Assembly: GCF_026571515.1 (NCBI RefSeq) | Contig: NW_026862013.1 | Span: 186,001 to 250,000, forward strand | From: Ruditapes philippinarum | Lineage: Eukaryota | Direction of reading: 5' to 3' | Length of the DNA: 64,000 bases | Shown here: positions 25,673 to 38,473 of the stretch, one piece after another | Layout of the letters: every line of letters starts with the position of its first letter | Position numbering within the stretch: the first letter of the stretch is position 1 | Made by a program: the position numbers and the translations under genes | Notes under the pieces: model-generated | Databases searched by the model: none | What the model saw: the letters and a program-made list of their open reading frames with translations, nothing else | What the model was told of the DNA's origin: nothing

Positions 25673-27027
25673 TTTTTAGCTCGACTATACGAAGTATATG
25701 GAGAGCTGTCCTACTCGCCCCGGCGTCGGCGTCGGCGTCCGCGTCCAGATTTTAGATTAAAGTTTTGGTGCAGTAAAATATTTTTCACTATAACTTTGTC
25801 ATTTCTTAAGGTATCAACTTCAAACTTCAAATGTATGTTCTTTATCATCAACCCCATCTTATGTGACAAGGTTCATAACTCTAGCACCAATATTTTCAGA
25901 TTTATCTCCCCTTGAACTTAGAATTTTCCTTAAAAAATACTATTTTTTACTGTTACTTCTTTATTTCTTAAGGGATCAACCTCATACTTCAAATATATGT
26001 ACCTTATCATCATCCCCATCTTATGTGACAAGGTTCATAACTCTAGCACCAATATTTTCAGATTTATCTCCCCTTGAACTTAGAATTTTCCTTAAAAAAT
26101 ACTATTTTTCACTGTTACTTCTTTATTTCTTAAGGGATCAACCTCATACTTCAAATATATGTACCTTATCATCATCCCATCTTATGTGACAAGGTTCATA
26201 ACTCTAGCACCAATATTTTCAGATTTATCTCCCCTTGAACTTAGAATTTTCCTCAAAAAGTACTATTTCTTACTGTTTCTTCTTTATTTCTTAAGGGATC
26301 AACCTCATACTTCAAATATATTTACGTTATCATCATCCCCATCTTATGTGACAAGGTTCATAACTCTAGCACCAATATATTCAGATTTATCTCCCTTTGA
26401 ACTTAGAGTTTTCCATAAAAAATATTTTTTTTACTGTAACTTATTTATTTCTAAAGGGATCAACTTCATACTTCAAATATATTTACGTTATCATCATCCA
26501 CATCTTATGTGACAAGGTTCATAACTCTAGCACCAATATTGCAAGAATTATCTCCCCATAAACTTAGATTATTTTACTAGAAAAAAGTTATTTTTTATTA
26601 TAACTTTTTTATTTTTAAAGGTATCTACCTCAAACTTACAATACTTATTCCTTATCATCAATTACATTTAATGTGACAATGTTCATTACTCTTGAAGCAA
26701 TATTTACACATTTATCTCTCTTTGAACTTAGGATTTTCTTAAAGAAATATAAAAACTTCTTTACTTTTTAAGGTATCTACTTCAAACTTCAAATATATAT
26801 TTCTTATCATTACACAAATGTTGTTTGACAAGGTCCATAACTCTAGCATGACTATTTCTAGAATTATTCCCCTTGATCATGGAATTTATGTTAACAAATA
26901 TTATTTTTTTAATTATAACTTAATACATAATTATACATAATTGATTTTTCTTTCATAGTTTTGTCCTCCTTACTGCATCCAGTATTTGATTAGTCGAGCT
27001 TCGCTGTCTCTTGTGACAGCTCTTGTT
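25673..27027 (+). mobile_element. Helentron-type non-autonomous element with internal ~162-bp satellite array (~7 units)
   Basis: T-run + agctcgacta at the 5' end, inverted copy tagtcgagct at 26991-27000, (ggcgtc)n microsatellite, 3' hairpin gctgtc...gacagc then tcttgtttt. Unit anchor atgtgaca at 25861, 26023, 26184, 26346, 26507, 26671. Confidence 0.9.
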
Positions 27028-30000
27028 TTCTATTAAAGGTATCATTTCTTATTTATTTACCTGATATTGTATAAACATATTATGCTCGATTCAATCTAGA
27101 TCTGTAGATAATCATTGACTCACATTGAAAAGATTGCATGATTAAATTTACAAACTTTATGTCATACTTCAATAGATGACCTGAATACACCCCTGAATAT
27201 TTCTTTTCAGGATTTTCCATTGAGATATGATATATTGTAAATAAACATTGTAGTAAGTTTAAATTGCTGTACATTTAATCACAGCGTAATATAAGTCTTA
27301 CAGCATAATCCTAGGTATTACTCTTATTTTGGATTAAACCTTATATTAAGGTATGAAATTTTGTTGAAATTTATACAAGATTATTAGATTAATGTAATAA
27401 TTCTAAACACCTGTTATAATTAAAGAACTGTTTTTTAATAAGACTTTGTAGTAAATTGTAAACGAAAGGTTAAAATGTGTTAGTGATGATTAAGTATTTT
27501 GTATGTATTAAAAATAGCTACCTTTCATTTGAATTTTAATAACATGAAAAGAAAGATGTATACATGTAGACTTTAACTAGTTTGTGAAATCAGCATTAAG
27601 ATTACACTAAAAAATTACAGTTTTACGTTTATGGTTTTTGTTGAATTGCACAGCTTTAAATAAAAGCGTCAATTACTTGCTTTGACCTTGACCCTGTTGA
27701 AACTCTTTTGACTTTGCTATAATTTTCCTTTTAGTAAGGAATTATGATATGAAATGCTAAACAGATAGCCAGCTGGCGCAACTGATACAACCCATGCGAC
27801 CATGCAATGCAGACCAAGATCAGCCAGTACATTTGACTGCAGTCTGATCATGGTCTGCAAGTGTTTACTATTCGGTCAATACATATTTAAAATATGAAAC
27901 TTTCCCTTGATGGTGAATGGTTTTGTCCAAATTGAAAGATGGAAGAGTTCATTTATGATATTTAGGAGGAGAAATTAAGGGTTTACGTCATAACAATGGA
28001 TATTCAAATTGGTGTGGTTCTATATACAAAGGTGTTCTGAGCGCCTTCGTTGATTGGTCACTATGTGGGTACAATTGAAAATTGAATTAAAAGCATATAT
28101 ATCAAATATTAAAACATATTTCAAATAAAAAATACTGCAGTTTACATTGTTTTGACGAGGTCGGAGGGTTGTAGAGTGGGTAAAATGGGGTGGGGTAGTG
28201 ACCAATCCAATCAACGCGCTGAATGCCTGTGGTTCTATATTGTTGGCATAATGGCCAGCAAGCTTTTTAAATTTTCTTGCATTTAAAATACTGATTCACA
28301 TTTCCCACAAAATTTGCAACTTTTATTTATAACATTGTTGAAGATTTCGAGCACATCTAAGTCATATTTACATAGAAGAGATAGCTCTAATTTATTGCCC
28401 ACATTTATAAAAACAGCGAAAGAAATGATCAACATTAAAGTTAAAGTTTAAAAAAAATATAGAGTAGGAAAATTCTTTGAAGTTCTGTTTGAAACACAAA
28501 AATCATCACTTACATTTATATAATGCATAAATGTTTAATATATAAATGTATATAAATGTTATATAATATATAATGTAATTATGTAATTGTCTTCAACAAC
28601 AAACAGATTTGATAAAAAAATCATTTGACTCTATCCACACCTTACTTAACTTAAGGTTATGTTTTATGCTTGGAAATTGAGAGAAACCTTAATTTAACTT
28701 TACATGATACGAAATGGCCTGCTGCTGGCCCCGAGTTTGATTCAGAAAGTTCATGTGATAAAGCTATGTAAGCTTATTGTAGCTAGGGTAGTGTAAGGTT
28801 GTTGGCCATTAACTTTGATACCAGCACATGCCTAAAATTACGTACCTTTGGTGATCAGCTATGTTTGTCCAGTATATACAAAATGTAATTGCAATTTGAC
28901 CCTTTAAAGAGTTGATGTGAGTTGAATAAAGATATTAACAACAAGAAAATGAAAGGCATTTTGATGATACGGTTAACAAATGAAACAACCCAAGTTTGAT
29001 TATTATCATGCAGGTTTCGGATTGTCTTCTTCAACAAATTTTTACATTTCAATGATTGCGATGATAGATCTTATCATGCATAATTAATATGATAATTGAT
29101 TTCCTTAATGAATATGATAGATCCATGGCATGATCATCATAATTTCCATAATTATACATGTAATGACCATGCAGAGATTTGAGGTATTGATATGCTTTAA
29201 TGAAAAAATTCTGATTGAATCGAGAAGAAAAATGTATACACAGTCTTGTTACTTTTCTCTTATAAATTATTGACCACAAGTATGTGGGCTAACATAAAAT
29301 CATTTATCTGAAGGAGAAAGGGTGTGAATGAATACAAATTGTCAATTTATACCCTATCAGTGAAATAGGGCAAACTTTTATCCGGCCTGCCGTATTGTTA
29401 ATTTGCATGTAAATATTTGTCTAATTCTGACTACATGTACATGTACATTCCTCAGATTCTACATTTAACATTTTTCTTTTTTTACTTTTAGCTATAAAGA
29501 TTTTGAGCAATTTAATTCAAAAGGATTATTTTGGCAGATTTCTACAATTTTATCATTATTTCTTTTGTATATCATCTTTGAACAGAATTGTTTGAATACT
29601 GTCTCAAGTTTCTCACTTTGAATATGAAACTTAAATGATGTATGATTTATCATTCAATTTGTACCTGACATTATGGTATATTATGTCAATAAATGAAAGA
29701 TGACCTGTGTAATAAAAGGCAGTAAAAGGCTACCTGATAGGGTCAAATTTGAGATAAATAACCTCTATTAAGGGTAGTATTTCAAAAAAGTTGTAAATAA
29801 GTAATTGCTGGTACTAATGTGTTAATTTCAATGGGAAGCATTTCAAAAACTAGTCAATATTTATACTGGTTCTTCTTATTATATTTGTGTACTAAGATAA
29901 CACTTGTCATCAAACTAGAGTTTCAAAAGAAAGAGATATAAATAGTGGTGCCAGTGATTTTTATTTGTTTGGGTCGTCAGACCAAACAAATATGGTAGCG

Positions 30001-30874
30001 AAATTTCAGAGTCTAATGCTGTTAATTGCAAATGCCGAAAGTAGTCCAATTTTTTGAAGCGGTTACTTCCCTTTATATGTACACTAACGCCGAAAAATTC
30101 GGGGGAGATCACTGCGTAAAGATGGTCAAAGACAAGCACATTAATTTTCAAGCAAAATAATTCCCGAATGGTCGAAGATTTCTAATATTGTTTTATTGTA
30201 TTTTCTGATCGAAAAATAAGTAAATACAAAGCGGATATTCAATCTCTGACACAGAAGTTTACGACAAACCTAACAACAAATAGTTCTCAAAACAGCTTAA
30301 AACTAGCGATTTAAAAGAAAGAAATATTTTTATTTTGTTACAAGTATCCAACAAATTACAACGCTTTCAAAGTTTAAAAATAGCGTTGGCTTATAGAATT
30401 GTCAATAAATGCACAATCACAAATTACGCGGATGAATATGATTTTATCAATGAAAATACTATTTTTAGCGATGTCGATTACCGAATACTACACAACCGAG
30501 TAGTGGAATATATAGATTCTACATGTCGGACTGTTTGGGCGAGAAGATTTTCGCCAAATTATCTACTTCAATTTTAAACAACAATGAATAAATGATATTT
30601 TGATGCAACTCTAGAACTTAATGCAGAATTCCGTATGTATCAAACTCTGGTGCCTTGCAAAATGAATTATAATACATAAAAATAAACTTATACAAGGAAA
30701 TACATACAGTACGATTTAGATTGCAAAGATCAGAAAATACCACAGAACTTGCAGCCCTTTGATTCTTTATAAATATACATCCTTATAGTAAGCTCCAGGA
30801 TTATTTACATCTGTGTTAAACAACAGTTTAAAGTCGTTACAAGCCCTAATTTAGAATAATATGGTTTTCTTCAG

Positions 30875-30951
30875 GCCGTTCACCGTGGCTGAAGGGTTTT
30901 CGCACTCGCTTAGGAAGCGAGAGGTCTGGAATTCAAATCCCAGTAAAGGCA
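30875..30951 (+). pseudogene. tRNA-Pro(AGG)-derived relic
   Basis: Anticodon arm CTCGC-TTAGGAA-GCGAG (30905-30921), T arm ctgga-attcaaat-cccag, acceptor-like GCC...GGC, followed by a T-run; D arm degenerate. Confidence 0.65.
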
Positions 30952-31386
30952 ACTCATTTTTTTTCAAATTGTTTAAGTCAAATAAACATTGGATTGAATA
31001 TCAGCGTTGCAATTAGTCTTATAGCCAATTTACTACAATTAAAACGCTAGAAAGCATTGGTGGCACTATACATATAATCTCACAACATGTACCTTTCTTA
31101 CATTCTGAGACCCAAACAAATTCAGCGCCTTCTGTGCTTTGATTTCAAAAGGCCAGTGCCATAATTGTGGCTTTCAAGCTTGTTATAATAGACATAAGAA
31201 CAGAATTATCAATATACATGTACCAGTTCATATTTTCCTTCTTTTCATTTCACCTGAATGACACCACTCAAGGTGAAAATCCTTCAAGAGATGTTTTAGC
31301 TAGCTCGGACGTCTCAGGTCATTTGTTCTTTGCTGTGGTGCACCACCATGACTGATAACATGCTTTGTTTTATTCTTGAGATATCA

Positions 31387-31845
31387 AGGGGTCTTCTTTT
31401 ACAGTAAAGCTTATTATTGTCACAGGTTGAGAAAAATGTGCAGCCTGACTGGGACTCAAACCCGGGACCTTCGGAATACTGTACCGCGGCTCTACCAACT
31501 GAGCTATCCAGCCGCTTACATAATCTTCTTCCCTCATGGGGTCTTCTTTTACAGTAAAGTTATTGTCACAGGTTGAGAAAAATGTGCAGCCTGACCGGGA
31601 CTTGACCCCGGTACCTTTGGAATACCATACTGCGGCTCTACCGACTGACCTATCCGACCGCTTGCACATCCTCTCCCCTCAGTGGGTCTTCTTTTACAGT
31701 AAAGCTATTGTCACAGGGTGAGAAAAATGTGCAGCACTACCAGGACTCAAACCCGGGACCCTTGGAATATCGACCGATTGAGCTACCCGGCTGCTTACAC
31801 ACCTTCTCCCCTAAATAGTGAACAGTTCTGAACCGTAACACTATT
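31387..31845 (-). repeat. Tandem array of three ~150-bp units, each with a tRNA-like Pol III cassette
   Basis: Units start at about 31388, 31538 and 31684. Minus strand: gcggctggaTAGCTCAGTTGGTAGAGC...GGTTTGAGTCC...ggctgcacaTTTTT (A box, B box, terminator). Confidence 0.85.
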
Positions 31846-32417
31846 ACTTCTTAACTGAGTGTCTTATAACAATGTTCGTATGTGTGACTCTAAATATAAA
31901 TCCTAGCTACTACCAGAAGACAAGATTATCTATACATTATGTGTGTATTCGGTATCTTGTGGTTTTAAATTTGTTGAAATTTTCATAATTTCTATATACA
32001 GTGAAATGATATTGTGGATGTAGTTTTCCTAAAAATACACACAGTATATATAAATCATCCTTTTCAATTATGAAATGTTTAATTAAGGTGGTAGCACAAT
32101 TGACAATATATTGTAGTGGAGGCTTGCCCTGACCTTGCTGTCAGGGACGTGTCAATTATTTGTCAGCTCAGTTGTTACACTGGACAACCTTACATTGTAT
32201 CATGTCACAGCGATTAAATAGTCCCGGTTCTGATGTTAATACATATTTAATTACTATCAAATACCATAAAAAAAATAACAAGACTGTGCATTTTGTACTC
32301 AATGTAGGGTCACAAAGGTTGTCTATGTTGTTTTTACCATGCTTTTAGAGATAAAAAGAAAAAAAAAAAATCTTGAGGAAGTTTGTTTAATTTGTTTTTG
32401 CATTAATTTTCAAAGTT

Positions 32418-32575
32418 GCTGATAAAGGTGAAGATAACTTTATTACCAATGGCCTCGATATTTATTACATCCTTGAGGTCAAAGGTCAGTCTCTGATAAC
32501 AACCGGGATAAGATAATTGTCGTCTTTAATTTCCCTTTCTATATATGGGTATCTTTATAGCAGGTGAGTCATTTA
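32418..32575. promoter_or_regulatory. Candidate enhancer: clustered GATA sites + AGGTCA DR1 + AP-1
   Basis: Five GATAA sites within about 100 bp, AGGTCAaAGGTCA near 32476-32488 and TGAGTCA near 32565. Confidence 0.4.
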
Positions 32576-33952
32576 ATCTGCAAGTAAGGATAGCTTTCAG
32601 CAAAACGGTTATATTATACCATATAATAAGGGTTAAAGATGCTGTTTAAAGTGTAATTTCAGTATTAAGTTGCAATCCAGTCTGAATAAAAGTGATACTT
32701 ACTAGTCAATGAGAATCATAAGGATAACCTGAGTAATTTCCATAAGAAAGGGTAATAACAGGTTGTTAAAATGATTAAGAAAGGTTATATTGCAAACTAT
32801 AGCAGTGACCACCTATGGTGTGTTACTATATACATGTGTAAACGCTATGTTTCATTTGGTGTGCTCTCAATGACCAAGAGGTTCAAGGCTGCTCAATCTG
32901 AAATTCTGGCATTGTAGCTTCAAAATGAGTCCGGCATTGTGGGAGTTTGAATACTTACATGATTGTGAGATAGCTCTCCGTCAGGTACCGGAATGTTGGT
33001 GATTCTAACCAGTTGCTGAGCTTGTAACTGAAGCAATACTGCAAGGTCACCGATTACCCTAATGAGAAATGTACATATAAAATTATGTATTATACCAAAC
33101 CAGAAAAATATCAAGATTATAATTGTAAATAATGCTGAAAAGGTCAAAGAACTTTCAGCAAAATAAGGTGTAATATACACATAGGGCATATCTATATCAG
33201 ATTAGTTACAAATGCCTTTGTAAAGTAACTTTAAGAGCATTTTATTGCAGATACAAGTAGCATTATATTATTGTTGTAAAAAAAAAGAGCAGTAAAGGTA
33301 AACATTGTTATAGATAACTTATCAACGATGAGACAATTGGTGTATAGATATACTTCATAAATAATAATGTATCAGTATCTATGGTTGATAGTTTTGTATC
33401 TTCATGTATGTATTATGTCTATATATATATATATATATAGTGGCTATATTAGGTATTGTGTATTGTAATTGATTGTTTTATACTGTCACCCCTTAAGGTA
33501 ATTCACAAATATATGCGAAAAAAAATTGTGAATAGATTATACCACTCTTATGTGGCTTAAGGGTCCAGGGCAAGGGTGTGCTTTTTTCTCATCTTTAGAT
33601 ATCATATGAATAATTTAACATTCTTGTTAAACATTGATGACATGGATTTGTTTTAAGTGAATTTCTGTAAATTTTGATGTCATATTTTGATAGGTTTGTT
33701 CCCCCACATAAAATTATAAATTCTTGGTTTTTGGATGAGTAGGCTTATTTCACATTTTTTGTATAATTTGAAATTTAGCTGATGTGGTTTGTAATTCAAT
33801 GGAATTATTGAAGTGTGCAAATGTAATGGTATTATATGTAGCATTTTAAATACTTATATATATATTGCTTAATACAGAATTGTTGGATTTAGTGTTTTTA
33901 TTGAGGGGGAGTATAATAATAATGATAATATTGTTATGAGGTGAGTAGTTGC

Positions 33953-34154
33953 TCATACATCTGAACTTTTTTCGATCATCAAGAGGGAGATTTTTCTTCA
34001 ATAAGAGGGAGATTTTAGAATTTGCAATTTGCAAGAAAGTTGTGTCATCAAAAAGAGGGAGATTTCTTTAATTTGTGAAAATACGCCTTATTTTAAGAAA
34101 AATCTTTCAAAATATGGATGCTCCCAGCTTAAAGTGCGAGAGTTCACATGTATG
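33953..34154. mobile_element. MITE, same family as 20061-20292
   Basis: catacatctgaact ... agttcacatgtatg termini and internal aagagggagatt repeats. Confidence 0.65.
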
Positions 34155-34412
34155 GTTGCTCTTTCATGGCCAAGATTTCCACAGACCTATATATATACCT
34201 ATTTATTGGTTTTATTTCTACTCAAACAACATAAGTATTTTCATATTTAAATCTCATTAAACCCTTGTTTATTGTAGCATGCTTGTATAGACCTAACTTT
34301 GATAAAAAAGGGTCAACAGTTTATACTAAATTTTCTTAGATTAGTTTGTTTTTACAGAGTATCAAATATTAGAAACATTGGCTAAGGCTTGTAAACTGAT
34401 GAAAGTTGATAC

Positions 34413-34658
34413 TTTGTTTGTTTTTGTTTGAGTTAAATATCACAGTGACACTGTTAAGGTCATGCAGCAACTTTGCATCTTTACTGGTGTCAGGTGCTAA
34501 GTCAGTACATTATTTCAAGCACATTAGTGGGCACCTGAGTAGAACCACCCACCTTCCGTAAGCTACATGGATAACTTCCTCACATGAAATTATTAAAAGT
34601 CCCTAACAAGATTTGGACCCGCAGCAGTGAATGGCAAGTGATTTGAAGTCAGTGTCCT
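34413..34658 (-). mobile_element. tRNA-derived SINE, 5'-truncated, with 10-bp TSD
   Basis: TSD aagttgatac at 34403-34412 and 34659-34668; (caaa)n tail on the minus strand; body homologous to the copy at 57390. Confidence 0.85.
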
Positions 34659-35264
34659 AAGTTGATACAACTTCTTTTCCTATTTATCTTGATAATGAAC
34701 ATAAGATGTGAACGTGCCCACTGAACAGTGGAGTCAGCACCCTATATGGCTTATTGGAGTCAAATTGACACCCATGTGTGCTTAAGTTGCATAGAGGCAA
34801 GCACCTTAAAAACTAGGTCAAAACTTGTACCTATTCTCACAAAGATTTAAACTTTACACCTGAGATGGGTTCTTTGCTTATTGATTGCATCAACCTCATA
34901 TACAGTAAATTCAACTTATAAAGTTAAATCACTTACATATATTAACGATGTATATAACTGTGCTTTGCAATGTCTGAATTTGTGCCAGTCAGATAAATAA
35001 ATGTTGCGAATACAACGAATATAAAATTCGGTCGTCCCGATTATCTATAAGCAGAGTTTACTGTACTCTCATATATCATCTTTAAATTTATCTTTGTTAC
35101 CTTAAACAAAATTTTTATGTTATTTATATAATCTCCAATTACTTCCGTCTAGCCGAATGACTGAGATAATGCAATATAGTGCATTTCAGCATACATTCAG
35201 CATTACTGTTATTGTGTTAATCTATATGTCCTATCAAAATCTATAAACTGTTTTCATATTTTAG

Positions 35265-35381
35265 GTTTTGACAGCTGTTACACAATGGACATACAGTGAG
35301 ATAGTGTGCTGAGGACTGTTATTGTTTTTGATATGGCCATCACTGACAGCTTCAACTTCATGTATTGATTTATCAACTCAG
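35265..35381 (+). other. Probable non-coding 5' UTR exon of the plus-strand gene, with two uORFs
   Basis: ttttcatattttag| ... CAG|gtatgt; contains ATG-GAC-ATA-CAG-TGA (35285) and MAITDSFNFMY* (35333). Confidence 0.55.
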
Positions 35382-35799
35382 GTATGTCAAGTTTTTTTCT
35401 CTGTATTTGCAAGAAAATTTAAAGCTATTTCTTAATATTCTGTTCGCAATATGTGTTTTTATTATCTTAAACATATTGTTAGGTTTTGAGTTTTAGGCTT
35501 AAATGACTTTATTTTCTTAACTGACACAAATTTCAGTTTTTACTGGTTAGGTGAAGGTCACCCTAGGAGCTTCACTGTGCATTGTTTTATGTATAAGTTG
35601 GCTGTTAATCAAGGGTAAAACTACGCACCCTGTTGAATTTTTAGCTTAAGATTTGTTTGTAATATTTTAAGAATTAATAACATGGATAACATTTTCAAAT
35701 ACATGTAACATAAATTATATCATTCATATGGAGTGCTTTCTTTTTTTACAGTAATAACATATTTATATACCAAAATTCATGCATAAATATGTTTACACA

Positions 35800-36013
35800 T
35801 GAACCGCCTCAGTGGTCGAGGGGTTAGAGTTGATGACTTCTAATCAAGTTACCTCTCTGGCGTGGGTTCGATCCCGAGGAGATGCTTTGGTAGTTTAGCG
35901 TGGAGGAAGGTAGTCTAGTACTGGTGTAACTCTCCAGGAACGATGGTTAGGAAACTACCTGCCTGTATGACTGAAATACTGTTGGGAAAAGGCGTAAAAT
36001 GAAACAAACAAAC
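35800..36013 (+). mobile_element. Full-length tRNA-derived SINE with 11-bp TSD
   Basis: A box gtggtcgaggggttag, B box ggttcgatccc, tail atgactgaaatactgttg...(caaa)n; TSD atgtttacaca at 35789-35799 and 36014-36024. Confidence 0.9.
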
Positions 36014-36888
36014 ATGTTTACACAATAACTTTTCTTTCTTTTTTCTGGTTATTTAAAGACATTGTCAAACTGACATGATTAACATTGATTTTGAAAATCT
36101 TTGATGTTGCACTAAAAACATGTTAAAATGATAAATTCATCATGTGAAAGAGAGCCAGGTGATTTTCTATTGTGAAATGTTATTAATTAATTAGAATTAA
36201 TTGACAAATAATAAGTGCAGGTTTGTTTTATGTAAGTATTCCAGTGAGTGCATTCATCAACAGTCAGAATATTACAGTTTAAAACCATTGGCTTGAAAGA
36301 TTCTATAAATGTCAAAAATTCAAAATGATGCATAATATTTAAAAAAATGTTTTCAAGTATACTCGACATCACTAATTCTGCGTCATCACTTATTTCACGG
36401 TAATGACATATTTTCATGTGACCAGTGTTAAAATTGTCCATTAAATTTGTGTATACGTCTGAATCAATCATCATTTTCTAATTGTTCTTGTTTGTTGAAA
36501 TAATAAGTTTTGAGTTACAAAGTAAATATAGTTTTAATGTTTAAAATTGAGCAATATAACATTTAGAAATTTTAACTGAAACATGAAAAAACTATAGTGT
36601 AACACCATTTACCGTGATTTTAATGATGGCATACCGTTTTGTAAATGGCCGACACATGGTCTACGTCTGGCCCATTAAAACTTATTTGACTGAATATATT
36701 GTTGTTTCCTTGTGTCATACAGCAGAAAATCCCTATATGTTACAGCTTATGACAATTTTTGTACCGTAAGTTTCATTTGTTGTTTTCTTTCTTGTTTCAA
36801 AGTGTTATGTACCGTTAACTAAGAGGAGCACAGTATATAATATAAAGGCATTATATTTTCAGGTATAAAGACATAATAAATAAAAGAA

Positions 36889-36969
36889 ATGGCTGCTCTT
36901 ACAGCACAGCAGCTATTGAAGCTGGATGATGGAGACTTTAATTCCAAGATACAAGATATGTCTGTCAAG
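36889..36969 (+). CDS. Unidentified gene, first coding exon (MAALTAQQLLKLDDGDFNSKIQDMSVK)
   Basis: Acceptor ttttcag| at 36862, ATG GCT at 36889 preceded by in-frame stops, donor AAG|gtaaaa in phase 0 matching the next exon. Confidence 0.8.
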
Positions 36970-37223
36970 GTAAAATTGTTAGAATTCATAGAAGCACCTA
37001 AATAGTCAATTAAAGCACTCATCAAGTGTATAGATGTTTTGCTCAAGAAAGGTAGTGCTGTTCCTTACAGGACTCAAACTCAGGACCTCTGAACCCTTAA
37101 GCACATGTCCTACCACTGGACCACTTCTTTCACTCAGAATATGTCCATTTTGGACTCTTTTCAGTGAGGCAATGCTATAAATTTAGGCGTCGACTGGATA
37201 CAACAAATATCCAAATGAGTGCC

Positions 37224-38473
37224 TTTTTATATGCCCGAAAGAATTTCGGACATATTATGTTATACCCCCATGCGTCCGTTAGCAATTTGGTTTCCGGAGC
37301 ATAACTTAAGTTCCATTTGGCCCACAATATTCAAACTTCATAGGATGATAGTCCATATTGGGTAGAAGACCCGTATTGATTTTGGGGTCATAAGGTCAAA
37401 GGTCAAGGTCACTATGACCTTAAAACTGAAAACAGTTTCCGGAGCATAACTTAAGTTCCATTTGGCCTACAGTGTTCAAACTTCATAGGATGATTGTCCA
37501 TATTGGGTAGAAGACCCCTATTGATTTTAGGGTCACAAGGTCAAAGGTCAAGGTCACTATGACCTTAAAACTGAAAACAGTTTCCCAAGCATAACTTTAG
37601 TTCCATTTGGCCCACAGTGTTCAAACTTCATAGGATGATTGTCCATATTGGGTAGAAGACCCCTATTGATTTTGGGGTCACAAGGTCAAAGGTCATGGTC
37701 ACTATTTCCTTAGAACTGAAAACAGTTTCAGGAGCATAACTTAAGTTCCATTTGGCCCACAGTGTTCAAATTTCATAGGATGATTGTTCATATTTGGTAG
37801 AAGACCCCTATTGATTTTTGGGTCACAAGGTCAAAGGTCAAGGCCACTATTAACTTAAAACTAAAAACAGTTTCCGGAGCATAACTTAAATTCTATGTGG
37901 CCCACAGTGTTCAAACTTCATAGGATGATTGTCCATATTGGGTAGAAGACCCCTATTGATTTTGGGGTCACAAGGTCAAAGGTCAAGGTCACTATTACTT
38001 AGAAATTGAAAACAGTTTCTTGAGCATAACTTAAGTTCCATTTAGCCCAAAATATTCAAATGTCATAGGATGATTGTCCATATTGGGTAGAAGACCCCTA
38101 TTGATTTTGGGGTCACAAGGTCAAGGTCACTATTACTTTAAAACTGAAAACAGTTTTCGGAACATAACTTAAGTATCATTTGGCCTACTGTGTTTAAACT
38201 TCATAGTATGATTGTCCATATTGGGTAGAAGACCCCTAATGATTTTGGGGTCACAAGGTCAAAGGTCAAGGGCACTTTTACCTTAGAATTGAAAACAGTT
38301 TCTGGGGCATGACTTAAGTTCCATTTGGACCACAATATTGAAACTTCAAAGGAGGATTGTTATTTGAAGGAGGTAATACTTTATTTTACTCCCATGTCTT
38401 ACAAATGCTTCATCTTTACTAAAAAAAAAAATCACTTTCGGGCATATAATGCTCCGCCTAGCGGTGCTCTTGT
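37224..38473 (+). mobile_element. Helentron-type non-autonomous element with ~7.5 x 145-bp internal repeats rich in AGGTCA
   Basis: Subterminal inverted repeat tatatgcccgaaag / ctttcgggcatata, 3' hairpin ccgc-cta-gcgg then ctcttgttt; unit anchor cataac at 37300, 37445, 37590, 37735, 37880, 38025, 38163. Confidence 0.9.

Noticed and set aside
25863-26512. ORFs with repeated TRFITLAPIFSDLSPLEL
   Set aside because: Translation of the 162-bp satellite inside a MITE; frames break at unit indels.
31387-31810. Functional tRNA gene cluster
   Set aside because: Anticodon arms are non-canonical, copies are mutually diverged and the third has a deletion; reported as tRNA-like repeats instead.
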